64,000 bases of DNA, taken from the NCBI GenBank assembly GCA_903917565.1, contig CAIXBB010000002.1:45818-109817 (forward strand). Reading direction: 5' to 3'. Each line of letters starts with the position of its first letter. Position 1 is the stretch's first letter. Shown here one piece after another: positions 1 through 9,096 of the stretch. Position numbers and translations under genes: made by a program. Below the pieces are notes generated by a model. The model did not search any database. It was not told where the DNA came from and worked only from the letters and a program-made list of their open reading frames with translations. This stretch comes from an uncultured cyanobacterium (GTDB lineage Bacteria > Cyanobacteriota > Cyanobacteriia > PCC-6307 > Cyanobiaceae).

Positions 1-137
1 CCATGGCGGCTCACCAGGGAAAGGCGGGTGCGCGGCGGCTTGGAGCGCGGGCGCATCAGCCAGCGCCGCAGCACCAGCACGTGGCTGTGGCCGCCGCCGG
101 CCAGGACCAGTTGCTGGCGCTCGGGGGCAGCATTCAT
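1..137 (-). CDS. 5' fragment of an FAD/NAD(P)-binding oxidoreductase-like protein; continues off the left edge
   Basis: The minus-strand ATG at 137 overlaps the SulP stop (ATGA). Translation MNAAPERQQLVLAGGGHSHVLVLRRWL has a Rossmann-type dinucleotide-binding N-terminus. Only about 45 codons are visible. Confidence 0.4.
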   Translation of the reverse strand, partial: MNAAPERQQLVLAGGGHSHVLVLRRWLMRPRSKPPRTRLSLVSRH

Positions 138-1843
138 GGGCTGGGCGCCGCGATCGCCCTGGCCTGGAAGGCCGCGATCGCCTTGGGCAGGGTGGGGAAG
201 AAGAGGCGCGCCCCGATCGTCTCCACCAGGCCGGCCCGTTCCAGCTGGATGTAGAGGTCCTGCTTGACCCGCGCCAGGGCAAAGGTGATGCCCTGGGCAG
301 TCAATTCTCGTTGCAGTTCCTCGAGCACGTCGGCGGCCGTGATGTCGATCTCCACGATGGCTTCGGCGTTGAGCACGAACCAGGCCACCGGCTGGGGCTC
401 GGCGGCGATCGTGGCCAGCACCCGCTCGCGGAAATGCTCGGCGTTGGCGAAGCAGAGGGGGGCATCGAAGCGGAACAGCACCAGGCCCGGGATGGTGCGC
501 GCCCCCTCCCAGTCGCGCACGTCGTGCAGGCCCGCCAGCCGGGGCACGATCCCCATCACGGCGTCGTGGGGACGCACCAGCCGGGCGAACAGATCGATCA
601 CCGACAGCCCCACCGCCAGCGCCACACCGGTGAGCAGATCGGTGATAAGCACGCCCGCCATGGTGATCAGGGCGAGCCGGAATTCACTGGGGCGGAAACG
701 GTGCAGCCGCAGGAACTCCGAGATGTCGATCAGGCGCAGGGCGGCGTAGATGACGATCGCCCCCAGGGCCGCGGTGGGGAACAGGGCCAGCACCGGCCGC
801 AGCCACAGCAGCACCGCCAGCACCATCGCCAACGCCACCAGGGAGAACAGCTGGGAGCGGCTGCCGAGGGAATCGCCGATGGCGGTGCGGCTACCGCTGC
901 TGCTCACCGGAAATCCCTGCATCAGGCCATTGCCCAGGTTCAGGGCCCCGAGGGCCAGCAGTTCCTGGTTGGCGTCGATGCGGTAGCCGCCCCGGACGGC
1001 GAAGGCCCGGGCCGTAAGCACGTTGTCGGAGTAGGCCACCAGGGCGATGCCCACCGCCGCCGTCAGCAGGGAACGGAGCTGGGCTGGCGAGACCCAGGGC
1101 GGCAGCGTCGGCCCTGGCAGGCCGGCCGGGATGGCGCCGATCACGGCCACGCCCCGTTGATCGAGATGCCCCACTGCCACCACCGCCATGGCCAGCAGCA
1201 CCGCCACCAGGGGAGCCGGGGCCTGGGGGAAGCGGCGCTGCACCAACAGCAGGAACAGCAGCACCCCCAGGGCCAGCAGCAGGGTGGGCCGGTGGATCTC
1301 CCCCAGCCGGCCCAGCAGCTCCAACAGCTGGCCGGGGCTGGAATCCGCCTGCAGCGTGAGCCCGCTGACCCGGCCCAGCTGGGCGCAGATCATGATCAGG
1401 GCCACGCCGCCCAGGTAGCCCACCAGGATCGGCCGGGAAAGCAGGTCGGCCAGGAAACCGAGCCGGGCCCAGGCTCCGGCGCAGCAGACCAGCCCCACCA
1501 GCAGGGCCAGCAGGCTGCAGAAACCCGCATAGACCAGTGGATCCCCCGCCACCAGCGGCCCCACCGCGGCGGCCGTCATCACGGCGGTGGTGGACTCGGG
1601 CCCCACCGAGAGCTGGGGCGAAGAACCCAGCAGGGCATAAAGGAACAGCGGTGGCAGGATCGCCCACAGGCCCGCCACCGGCGCCAGCCCGGCCACTTCG
1701 GCATAGGCCAGGCACTGGGGCACCAGGTAGGCGGCCACGGTGACTCCCGCCAGCAGGTCCGGCCGCAGCCAGCTGCGCTGGTAGCCCAGCAACTGCGCAA
1801 GGCCCGGCAACACCCTGGCCAGGCCCTGCGGCGACTCCATCAC
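134..1843 (-). CDS. SulP-family anion transporter (sulfate/bicarbonate permease) with C-terminal STAS domain
   Basis: 569-aa ORF with many hydrophobic helices. SulP-like N-terminal motif LLAGVTVAAYLVPQCLAYAEVAGLAPVAGLW. STAS-like C-terminus (LVLFRFDAPLCFANAEHF...VLNAEAIVEIDITAADVLEEL). Confidence 0.9.
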   Translation of the reverse strand: MMESPQGLARVLPGLAQLLGYQRSWLRPDLLAGVTVAAYLVPQCLAYAEVAGLAPVAGLWAILPPLFLYALLGSSPQLSVGPESTTAVMTAAAVGPLVAGDPLVYAGFCSLLALLVGLVCCAGAWARLGFLADLLSRPILVGYLGGVALIMICAQLGRVSGLTLQADSSPGQLLELLGRLGEIHRPTLLLALGVLLFLLLVQRRFPQAPAPLVAVLLAMAVVAVGHLDQRGVAVIGAIPAGLPGPTLPPWVSPAQLRSLLTAAVGIALVAYSDNVLTARAFAVRGGYRIDANQELLALGALNLGNGLMQGFPVSSSGSRTAIGDSLGSRSQLFSLVALAMVLAVLLWLRPVLALFPTAALGAIVIYAALRLIDISEFLRLHRFRPSEFRLALITMAGVLITDLLTGVALAVGLSVIDLFARLVRPHDAVMGIVPRLAGLHDVRDWEGARTIPGLVLFRFDAPLCFANAEHFRERVLATIAAEPQPVAWFVLNAEAIVEIDITAADVLEELQRELTAQGITFALARVKQDLYIQLERAGLVETIGARLFFPTLPKAIAAFQARAIAAPSP

Positions 1844-1859
1844 CCTGCTCCTTGGAACG

Positions 1860-2216
1860 TCACGGCTTGCGTGGTGGCAGCACTTCGCTGGCGCACATGT
1901 CCCTGTCCTCTTCGGTGCCCTTCATACCGGCCAGCACACCCTCCAGGTCGCTCTTCGTCGAGGGGTTGCCGCTGATGACGGAAAGCTGCGCCTTGGCCTG
2001 CTTGGCGCGGGTGGCCTTGGAGATGAAGCCGTCCTTCTCCAGATTGCAGAGGGCGCTCATGTAACCGGAGCCCACTCCCACCAGCACCATGAACTCCTCC
2101 CGGGGGCTGAGTTCCTCCGCTTTCTGCTGGGCCCTGGCCGATCCCGGCGCGACCACCAGCAACGTCAGGAGCAGCAGGGCGAACCGAGGCTTCATGGCGG
2201 AGCCAGGAGGATCCAA
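1860..2216 (-). CDS. small secreted protein of unknown function
   Basis: 118-aa ORF with a clear Sec signal peptide (MKPRFALLLLTLLVVAPGSARA). Co-directional with and 16 nt upstream of the SulP gene. No recognisable domain. Confidence 0.55.
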   Translation of the reverse strand: MDPPGSAMKPRFALLLLTLLVVAPGSARAQQKAEELSPREEFMVLVGVGSGYMSALCNLEKDGFISKATRAKQAKAQLSVISGNPSTKSDLEGVLAGMKGTEEDRDMCASEVLPPRKP

Positions 2217-2259
2217 TCAGGGTAGGAGTGGCCTGTGAGCGGGCCTAGATTGTCGGGTC

Positions 2260-3219
2260 GTGCGGCGGCTTCCTTCCCAAGTGACGCGTCGCGCCAACGC
2301 CATGGCCCCTGACCGCCGTCCACTGCCGTCCTGGCTGATTCTCTGCCTGGCCCTGGGCCTGGCCACGCCCCTCTGGGGGGGCCATCCCGGAGTCGCCGCC
2401 GACGCAGGACGCCAGGCCAGGCCTGAAGCGCCGACGTCGCAGGACGTTCCGACCCCGGTCGCCCTCACCGGAAGCCAGCAGACCTACACCAGCCGCCTGC
2501 TGGGCCAGCAGCGCCGCTACGCGGTGGCCTTGCCCCCCGGCTACGCCGACCATCCGGAGCGGCGCTACCCGGTGATCGTGCTGCTCCATGGCGGCAGCGG
2601 TGATCAGGGCGACTGGTTCGATCCCCTCAAGGGGGATGCCCTCGCCACCCTGCAGACGCTCTACCGGCAGGGAGAACTGCCCCCCAGCATCGTGGTCGCC
2701 CCCGACGGCAACGACCGGCGCGGCCGCAGCCGCTTCTGGGATCCCCAGTACTTCGACGGTCCCAACGGCCCGATGGCCACCGCGCTCGGCGACGAGCTGG
2801 CGACGGTGATCCAGAGCCGTTACCGCACCCTGCCGGCCCCGCGCCACTGGGCCCTGGGGGGGCTGTCCTCGGGAGCCTGGGGCGCCCTGAACATCGGCCT
2901 GAAATGGCCTGACCACTATTCGATCCTGTTCAGCCACAGCGGCTACATGCAGGATGCCAGCGGTCCGGCCAACAGCCCCATGACGGCCCTCCCCGCCCTG
3001 TCGGCCGCCCGGCTCCGCGCCTTGCGGGTCTACCTCGATTCCGGCAGCGACGATGGGCGCTACCGGCAGCAGTCGGCCCGTTTTCATGCCCTGCTCGACC
3101 AACTGGGAGTGACGAACGTCTTCCACGTCTTTCCCGGGTCGCACAGCTGGCGCTACTGGCGGGAGCACCTGGCCGATTCGCTCCGCTTCGTGGGCGCCCA
3201 GTGGTCGGATCTCGGCTGA
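2260..3219 (+). CDS. esterase-family alpha/beta hydrolase (putative esterase / esterase D-like), exported
   Basis: 319-aa ORF with a hydrophobic signal-like N-terminus (PSWLILCLALGLATPLWG). Motifs YPVIVLLHGGSGDQGDWF and GGLSSGAWGAL (GxSxG nucleophile elbow). The start could also be the ATG at 2302. Confidence 0.8.
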   Translation: MRRLPSQVTRRANAMAPDRRPLPSWLILCLALGLATPLWGGHPGVAADAGRQARPEAPTSQDVPTPVALTGSQQTYTSRLLGQQRRYAVALPPGYADHPERRYPVIVLLHGGSGDQGDWFDPLKGDALATLQTLYRQGELPPSIVVAPDGNDRRGRSRFWDPQYFDGPNGPMATALGDELATVIQSRYRTLPAPRHWALGGLSSGAWGALNIGLKWPDHYSILFSHSGYMQDASGPANSPMTALPALSAARLRALRVYLDSGSDDGRYRQQSARFHALLDQLGVTNVFHVFPGSHSWRYWREHLADSLRFVGAQWSDLG

Positions 3220-3231
3220 GCGGTCCCAGGT

Positions 3232-4644
3232 TCAGTCCTCCTGGTACACCGACACGTACACCGTGCCCTTCTCCACCAGGGGCAGCAGTTTGTCGCGCAG
3301 GTCCTGGTTGTGCAGCCGCACGCAGCCCAGGGTGGAATGCAGAGGCTGGAGCGGGGCCCAGGCGCCGGGCCAGCCGCAGGCCGTACCGCCGCCGTGCACC
3401 ATGATCCCGGCCCGGCCGAAGCGTCGCTCCTGCATCTCCAGATCCTCCAGATCGAAGCTGTACCAGCCGTAGCTGCAACGATCGGCCGAATAGGCGGGGC
3501 TGGGATCCTGCTCGTAATCCCGATAGACCTTCTTCGCGATGCGGTAGATCCCCGGAGGGGTGTCGGTGGAGGTCTCCTTGTATTGGTTCTCCTGCCCCTG
3601 GCCGCGGGCCAGTGCAGGGATCTCCCAGAGCAGCCGGCCCTCCACGTCGTAGGCCTTCGCTGTCTCGGCGGCATCGTTGACCACCACGTGGGAGTCGGTT
3701 CCGCTGAAGCCGAAGTCCTGGGGGGTCTTGCTGGGGCCCACCAGGCCGGGCACCACCATGGGGGGCTCGCCGGCTGCCGCTGGTGCTGTGAAGGCCTGCG
3801 CCACCGGGACGACCGGGACGGAGGCCCCCTGCTTCAGCCGTTGCTCCCACGCCTCGCAGTCGGCGGGCGTGCTGATCTCCCGCTCCGCCTGGGCGCAGGC
3901 GACGGCGGGCTCCATGCCGCCCCATACGAGGCCCTCGGCCCGGCGGCGGCGGCCCAGACCCACCTCCACCGTCTCCCCGGGATTGCGGTACAGCATCAGG
4001 GCGCCGGGAACGGCGTCCCAGCGGTGTTCGCTCAGGTGGCGGTCCAGGGTGTCGTGGTAGCCATCGCCGTGGAAATGGGCGCCGTTGTTGTAGGCGAAGC
4101 TGCACAGGGCAGCCCGCTGGCGGTCGGTCATCTCCCCCCAGAAGGGAATGGTGGCCTCGAGAACCTTCCAGAATTTCTCCTGGCAGTTGTGCTCATAGAG
4201 CGCATCGGCCTGCACCTGGCTGATCCCATCCCCCAGGCGGATGGGGGAACCGTCCTGGTAGAAGGTGCTGCCCCAGCCGATCGTGATCGGTTCGCCACCG
4301 GTGCGGGGGTCGGGGTAGGCCTGCAGGCGGCAACCCTCGTAGTGATGGTTGAGCTGGGCCACCTCGGGGGGCAGCTGGCCATCCCCGGCCGCCGGCAACC
4401 AGGCATCGTCGGGAACGATGAAGCGCTCCGGGTTGAGGTAGCGCTGCTCCCCATCCGGCAGGGGCACGCTGCCACCGGGGCACGTGTAGGGCCCCGCCAG
4501 CCGCACGATCGCCAGGGCCGTACCGGGGGCCGACCGCACCCAGGCCACGGCGATGCGGGAGCCTGCCGCCACAAAGGAATCGGCATCGGCGGCGGCGGGG
4601 CTGGGGCTGAGCCCCGCGTCCTGGCGGGCGGTGATGTACGGCAT
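3232..4644 (-). CDS. bifunctional cell-wall enzyme: GH24 (T4/lambda-type) lysozyme domain fused to a YkuD-type L,D-transpeptidase domain
   Basis: 470 aa. Lysozyme motif HHYEGCRLQAYPDPRTGGEPITIGWGSTF...MTDRQRAALCSFAYNNG. C-terminal L,D-transpeptidase catalytic motif IMVHGGG...HSTLGCVRLHN. No N-terminal signal peptide. The start overlaps the stop of the upstream membrane-protein gene (ATGA at 4644). Confidence 0.8.
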   Translation of the reverse strand: MPYITARQDAGLSPSPAAADADSFVAAGSRIAVAWVRSAPGTALAIVRLAGPYTCPGGSVPLPDGEQRYLNPERFIVPDDAWLPAAGDGQLPPEVAQLNHHYEGCRLQAYPDPRTGGEPITIGWGSTFYQDGSPIRLGDGISQVQADALYEHNCQEKFWKVLEATIPFWGEMTDRQRAALCSFAYNNGAHFHGDGYHDTLDRHLSEHRWDAVPGALMLYRNPGETVEVGLGRRRRAEGLVWGGMEPAVACAQAEREISTPADCEAWEQRLKQGASVPVVPVAQAFTAPAAAGEPPMVVPGLVGPSKTPQDFGFSGTDSHVVVNDAAETAKAYDVEGRLLWEIPALARGQGQENQYKETSTDTPPGIYRIAKKVYRDYEQDPSPAYSADRCSYGWYSFDLEDLEMQERRFGRAGIMVHGGGTACGWPGAWAPLQPLHSTLGCVRLHNQDLRDKLLPLVEKGTVYVSVYQED

Positions 4645-5204
4645 CAGAGGCTTCCCCCCAGGCGGATCCGCTCCAGGGGGGTGAGGGCCGCCGCCGGCGG
4701 GGCAACCGGGGTGGCCGCGCTCACCTGGATCGGGGTGCGGCTACGGGTGATCTCGGCGCGCAGGCGCTCCACTTCGCCGCTCAGCTGGAGCACACGGGAA
4801 TCCTCTGTCGCGGGCGTGGCGGGCGCGATGGCCCCGGGCGAGGCGGTGGCCGCCGCTGCCGCCGTGCCGCCGGAGCCGAGCAGCAGCTCCCGCAGGCCGG
4901 TGCCCTTCAGGTCCCCGAGGCGCTGCTCGGCGTACTTCTGCAGCACCTTGGGAGCGAACGCTCCCAGCAGGAACACGAAGGTGAGGGCCATCCCCGTGTC
5001 GTCCCGGGGGGGATAGGTGATGGTCTCCTGCCCGCTCGAGTCCCGGGTCGTCAGCGGCGCACTGCGCACCATCGTCAGCGCACCGAAGCCGATCGCCGCC
5101 AGCAAGGAGATCAGACACATCAGCCGCATCGCGGATCGGTTGCCCGGAGATTCCTCCAGAAACCCAGTCGTCGGTCCGGCGGCGCCACTGGCAAAGGGGG
5201 TCAT
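4644..5204 (-). CDS. small membrane protein with two predicted TM helices and a C-terminal coiled-coil (holin-like topology; function unknown)
   Basis: 186-aa ORF. Hydrophobic segments LMCLISLLAAIGFGALTMV and MALTFVFLLGAFAPKVL, an Ala/Pro-rich linker, then LQLSGEVERLRAEI. Translationally coupled to the lysozyme/LDT gene. Confidence 0.6.
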   Translation of the reverse strand: MTPFASGAAGPTTGFLEESPGNRSAMRLMCLISLLAAIGFGALTMVRSAPLTTRDSSGQETITYPPRDDTGMALTFVFLLGAFAPKVLQKYAEQRLGDLKGTGLRELLLGSGGTAAAAATASPGAIAPATPATEDSRVLQLSGEVERLRAEITRSRTPIQVSAATPVAPPAAALTPLERIRLGGSL

Positions 5205-5358
5205 GGGGGCGGATTCGCAATGGATTGGCGTCCTAGCCGATTCTGATGGCGGCGACCTGGGCCTTGGACGATCAACCGGTTTCTTGATCTGCGCCGTGGG
5301 TCGAACCGACTCCTTGCCATGCCATCGCCAGGGGGATTGGCCTCGCTGGCGGCATCGG

Positions 5359-5838
5359 TTAGCCCATCGGATCCACGGCCAGGTTGTCGCCGCGTTTTTT
5401 CAGGTTCCCGCGACGGAGATCCAGATTGGCCCTCAGGGTGCCGACCACTTGTTCCAGGTTCGAGTTATCACCGATCAGGCCTTGCAGGATGTCGCCACCC
5501 ACCTGGTCGACCAGCTCGAGTTGGCGATCGATTACCTTTTGCGCCTCGGCCACGGCGCCCCCCAACTCCTGTCGGTAAGCCTCCAGATCGGCACGGATCT
5601 GCCCACGCATCCGGTCCTGGGGATCGTCCTTCTGCACGTCCGGGGTGTTCGTGATCCCTGGGAAGGTGGGAACGGTCAGCAGGGCACCTCTGGGAAGCCG
5701 GCCGATGGCCTCCAGCCCTGGATTGGCCTTCAGCAGGAGCGTTTCGGCCCGTTGCTTCTGTTCCCCGTGCAGGCATCCGTACAGACGTTCGGTGAGCTCC
5801 TGGAGCGTCTTTTCTCCGCGCAGGGTGGTGGTGTCCAT
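5359..5838 (-). CDS. LysM-like N-terminal domain plus coiled-coil protein (CIS-associated, function unknown)
   Basis: 159-aa ORF starting 5 nt after the beta-helix gene stop. LysM-like pattern TLQELTERLYG...LLLKANPGLEAIGRLPRGALLTVP, then a helical/coiled-coil C-terminus. Confidence 0.55.
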   Translation of the reverse strand: MDTTTLRGEKTLQELTERLYGCLHGEQKQRAETLLLKANPGLEAIGRLPRGALLTVPTFPGITNTPDVQKDDPQDRMRGQIRADLEAYRQELGGAVAEAQKVIDRQLELVDQVGGDILQGLIGDNSNLEQVVGTLRANLDLRRGNLKKRGDNLAVDPMG

Positions 5839-5843
5839 GGTCG

Positions 5844-8800
5844 TCAGACTCCGATGAGGTTGGTGAGATCGATCTCCACGGGGATCGAGAGGTTGTCGTC
5901 AATGCTGAAGCGCCCCGAACTCGTGTTGCCCATCACGATCGCGGCCCTTCGGGCCACGGGCTGCAGCCGCATGGTCGGGACCTGGGGGTTGGCCATCAGC
6001 AGATTGTCCGTGGCGCTGATCGAGTCGCCGCTCAGTTCCACCAGCAGCCCCATGGGGGACCCTTCTGGATCCTGTCGTCGCAGAACGTTCCCGGCCAGCC
6101 GCACGTGGCCCGCCAGCAGCGTGCTCATCAACGGTGCCGAACTGGCCACCGCTTCCACTGTGTTGGCCTCGATCGAGGCGTCCCTGGCTCCGCGTTCCAC
6201 CGCCGCCAGGCGATGCTCCGTGAGCAGCCAGGCCACCGTCCCTGGGCGGCTGAGGGGGCGTCCTGGATCAAGAAGGATGGCGGCGAAGGGCCGATAGCGG
6301 ACCGAGCGGTCCAGATCCGGACCCACCAGGAGCGCACCCCAGGACGGAAACAGACCCGGTCGCTCCGAGGCATTCCTCTGCAGCATCCGGTTGCCGCGGA
6401 TGGCGACGCGATCGAAGGGGATGGCCACCCTCAGGCAGTGATACTGCCCGATCCCCTCCGGCGGCCCGATGGCCTCGAACCGGTTGTCGACCAGCTGCAG
6501 GTCCCCCACCGCAAGGACGCGCACCGCGTCCACCGCCGTGATCGATCGAGCCTCGGGGGCGACGTCGTCGAAGGCGTTGCCGCGCAGCTCCGCCTGCCGG
6601 ACGGCCATCAGCTGCACCGCCGCAAACGCCACGTTGCCTTCCCTCTGGCCCAGCCCGAGCTGGCTGAAGTGATTGCCCTCGCACACCAGATGCTCGGCCG
6701 TCGCCGCCTCCGCCATCACCAGGCCCCCGGCCCCCATCCGCTCCACCTGGTTGCCCCGCAGCAGCAGGTGACCCAGGGGGAAGGTCTGATGGATGCCGTG
6801 GCGCTGGAACCCCTCGATGCGGTTGCCCTCCACGGTGACGCGCCGCGGCCCGCGGGGATCGAGTCCCTCCAGCAGCCGGAGGCCATCGCCCCTCCCGGAC
6901 CTGTTCCCCACGATCGTGTTGGCGGTGATCACCAGTCCATCCACCCCTGCCTGCACCCCATCGCCGGCGCTGTCGATGAGATTGGCTTCGATCCGGAAGT
7001 CCCCCTTCGGGAGCACGCCGCCAAGGGCGACCACCCCCGCGGAGCCCTCCGCCGAGGCGACCAGGATCACGTTGTGACGCAGGAGGGTATGGCCCAGATG
7101 GAAGCTCATGTCGTCGAGGGACACCCCTCGCTGGCGGCCCACCAGCACGCAGTTCTCCAGCCGCAGTTCGGCACTCACCAGTTCCCGGCTCACCCCACGA
7201 GCGGCCAGGACGAAGCCCGGCTGGCCCAGGACAGGCACCCGCCCCAGCCCCCAGCCGGCGGCGATGGCGCAGTGGCGGATCGTGGCCCCCAGGATGGTGC
7301 CATTGAGGCCGATGCCCACGCTCGTGCCGCCTTCGCTCTCCAGGCCGAGCAGGTTGCAGCGCTCCACCCGCAGATCCACCACGTTGCGGGCCAGCAGCAT
7401 CGAAGTGGGCAGGTCGGCATTGGCGGCCGATCCCATCAAGGTGAGGTTCTCGACCGTGACGCCGTTGCCGTCGGCGATCGCGAGCACCGGCCCCGGCACG
7501 CGTGCGATCAGCTGGGTGGCCCATCCCTGGCCCCTGATCCGCAGGGAGCGGGCGCCCACCACGGAGATCGGTTCATCCAGGTCGTAGCGGCCGGCGCCCA
7601 GGCACACCGTGCCGCCGCTCTCCTTCACCCGGTTGATCGCCTGCTGCAGGGTGGCGGTTCCTTGGTTGTGGCCTTCGGCCGTGACACAGACGCTGCAGTC
7701 GCAGCCGCCCTGGGCCTGGGGCGGCCAGAGGGTGCGGCAATCGGTGACGCCACCGGTGGAAAAATCGACGACCGCGAGCCGGGCGTAGTGATGGTGAGTG
7801 CCCAGCGGTGGCGCTTTCACCAGGGGCACAGGGATCGAGGCGGTTCCGGAGCGGGCGGCGAACACCCAGTGGGTTCCGGTGGGGATCAGGCCACCGGGGG
7901 GGTCGTGGAAGAACTCCACCGCAATGCCCTGCTCCAGCGGGAGCTTTTCCCCCTTCCCTGGTAGCGGCAAAGCTCCGGATGCCATCAGAGGGTCGTTGTC
8001 CCATTGGCGCACGAGCGTGTTGCGCAGGGCATCCGTTTTCTGTTCCGCATCGGTGGGAAACAATCCCGCTGGCAGGGCGCGGTCGAGCTCAAGTTGATGG
8101 GTCTCCGGCAGAATCTGCTTGATACGGCACAGTTCACCCGGGCGTCCCGCCAGGAGGCACCAGTCATCGGTGACTTCCACCCAGCTGCCCGGACGAAAAC
8201 AGAGGTAGTCGTCCTTCTTCAGTGACTCGACCGTCAGCGTCTGCCGGGCAGGATCCAGATGGCTGACACGGGAAGCCACGATGCCATTGTCCCGCGACCA
8301 CTTCAGTGTGGCCTTGTCGGCAGTGCCGGCATCATGCACTTCGACGCGATACAGCTGGTTCTCAAGCCCCGTGTAGTCGGCATTGGGCGCTACATCGCAG
8401 CGATCATCAATCAGCTCGGAATCGCCCGTGTGGGTGGAGAGACGCACCGAAACCGGTGCCAGGATCTCCTTCCATCCCGGGATCTCATCCTCTTTGCTGG
8501 CGCAGGAGATCGCTACACCATTTTCGTTTGGCAACACTTTCACCTGCCAGACGGTCTGGCGCCTGCCGGTGGTGTCGCTACCCACCGCCGGTTCGATCAA
8601 TCCTGGATCCTGCAGGGCCGTGACGTCGCGCCTCCAGACATCGAGATAAATCAGATGCTGGCCTTTCTCCGGTAGGCCAGCATCGCTGCCCAGATGCTGC
8701 TTGATGTAGCTGCTGTCCTTCAGATAGGGCTGATAGGGCTGCTCCTCGTAGGGGATTGGATCCACTCCCGCCAGCTCCTCCAGTCGCGGATCCCACTGAT

Positions 8801-9083
8801 CCGGCGGCGCGCCATGGTTTTCGGCCAGCAGCCCATCCACGTAGATCCGGCCAGGGCCGATGCTGATCCTGCCGCCGGAAACCTTGATCTCAAAGCCGTT
8901 CGGAGTGGTGCGTGGAACAACGGTGCCGTTGAGGCCATCGAGGGATCCGGCCTGCAGCCTGCGGCTCAGCTGAGCCACCCATTCATTCCAGTCGGAGTCG
9001 AGCTGCACCCGGCCCTGCTGCAGGATCACCTCGTGGAAATCACGGCGGGCATCGAAGTTGATGCGACTGAGATCAAAACTCAT
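5844..9083 (-). CDS. large right-handed parallel beta-helix repeat protein; candidate tail-fibre, receptor-binding or anchoring component of the CIS
   Basis: 1079 aa. Conserved-looking N-terminus MSFDLSRINFDARRDFHEVILQQGRVQLDSDWNEW. C-terminal half has repeated PbH1-like units (GNRIEGFQRHGI, GNQVERMG, GNHFSQLG, DNRFEAIG, GNRMLQ, GNVLRR). Sits where Afp13-type fibre genes sit, directly after the gpI-like gene. Confidence 0.75.
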   Translation of the reverse strand: MSFDLSRINFDARRDFHEVILQQGRVQLDSDWNEWVAQLSRRLQAGSLDGLNGTVVPRTTPNGFEIKVSGGRISIGPGRIYVDGLLAENHGAPPDQWDPRLEELAGVDPIPYEEQPYQPYLKDSSYIKQHLGSDAGLPEKGQHLIYLDVWRRDVTALQDPGLIEPAVGSDTTGRRQTVWQVKVLPNENGVAISCASKEDEIPGWKEILAPVSVRLSTHTGDSELIDDRCDVAPNADYTGLENQLYRVEVHDAGTADKATLKWSRDNGIVASRVSHLDPARQTLTVESLKKDDYLCFRPGSWVEVTDDWCLLAGRPGELCRIKQILPETHQLELDRALPAGLFPTDAEQKTDALRNTLVRQWDNDPLMASGALPLPGKGEKLPLEQGIAVEFFHDPPGGLIPTGTHWVFAARSGTASIPVPLVKAPPLGTHHHYARLAVVDFSTGGVTDCRTLWPPQAQGGCDCSVCVTAEGHNQGTATLQQAINRVKESGGTVCLGAGRYDLDEPISVVGARSLRIRGQGWATQLIARVPGPVLAIADGNGVTVENLTLMGSAANADLPTSMLLARNVVDLRVERCNLLGLESEGGTSVGIGLNGTILGATIRHCAIAAGWGLGRVPVLGQPGFVLAARGVSRELVSAELRLENCVLVGRQRGVSLDDMSFHLGHTLLRHNVILVASAEGSAGVVALGGVLPKGDFRIEANLIDSAGDGVQAGVDGLVITANTIVGNRSGRGDGLRLLEGLDPRGPRRVTVEGNRIEGFQRHGIHQTFPLGHLLLRGNQVERMGAGGLVMAEAATAEHLVCEGNHFSQLGLGQREGNVAFAAVQLMAVRQAELRGNAFDDVAPEARSITAVDAVRVLAVGDLQLVDNRFEAIGPPEGIGQYHCLRVAIPFDRVAIRGNRMLQRNASERPGLFPSWGALLVGPDLDRSVRYRPFAAILLDPGRPLSRPGTVAWLLTEHRLAAVERGARDASIEANTVEAVASSAPLMSTLLAGHVRLAGNVLRRQDPEGSPMGLLVELSGDSISATDNLLMANPQVPTMRLQPVARRAAIVMGNTSSGRFSIDDNLSIPVEIDLTNLIGV

Positions 9084-9096
9084 GACGTGAACTCCT

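Noticed and set aside
134-1843. Assigning the SulP transporter specifically as the cyanobacterial bicarbonate transporter BicA.
   Set aside because: Only family-level motifs (SulP core plus STAS) are recognisable by eye. Substrate specificity cannot be inferred without phylogeny.
311-1975. Very long ORFs antisense to, or out of frame with, annotated genes. Examples: 311-1975(+), 6105-7964(+), 9175-11727(+), 14147-16615(+), 33811-35712(-), 43957-45891(-), 56926-59478(+), 2930-4105(-).
   Set aside because: These are typical shadow ORFs of high-GC DNA. Their translations are Arg/Pro/Gly/Ala-rich low-complexity strings with no motifs, while the overlapping frame carries clear family signatures.
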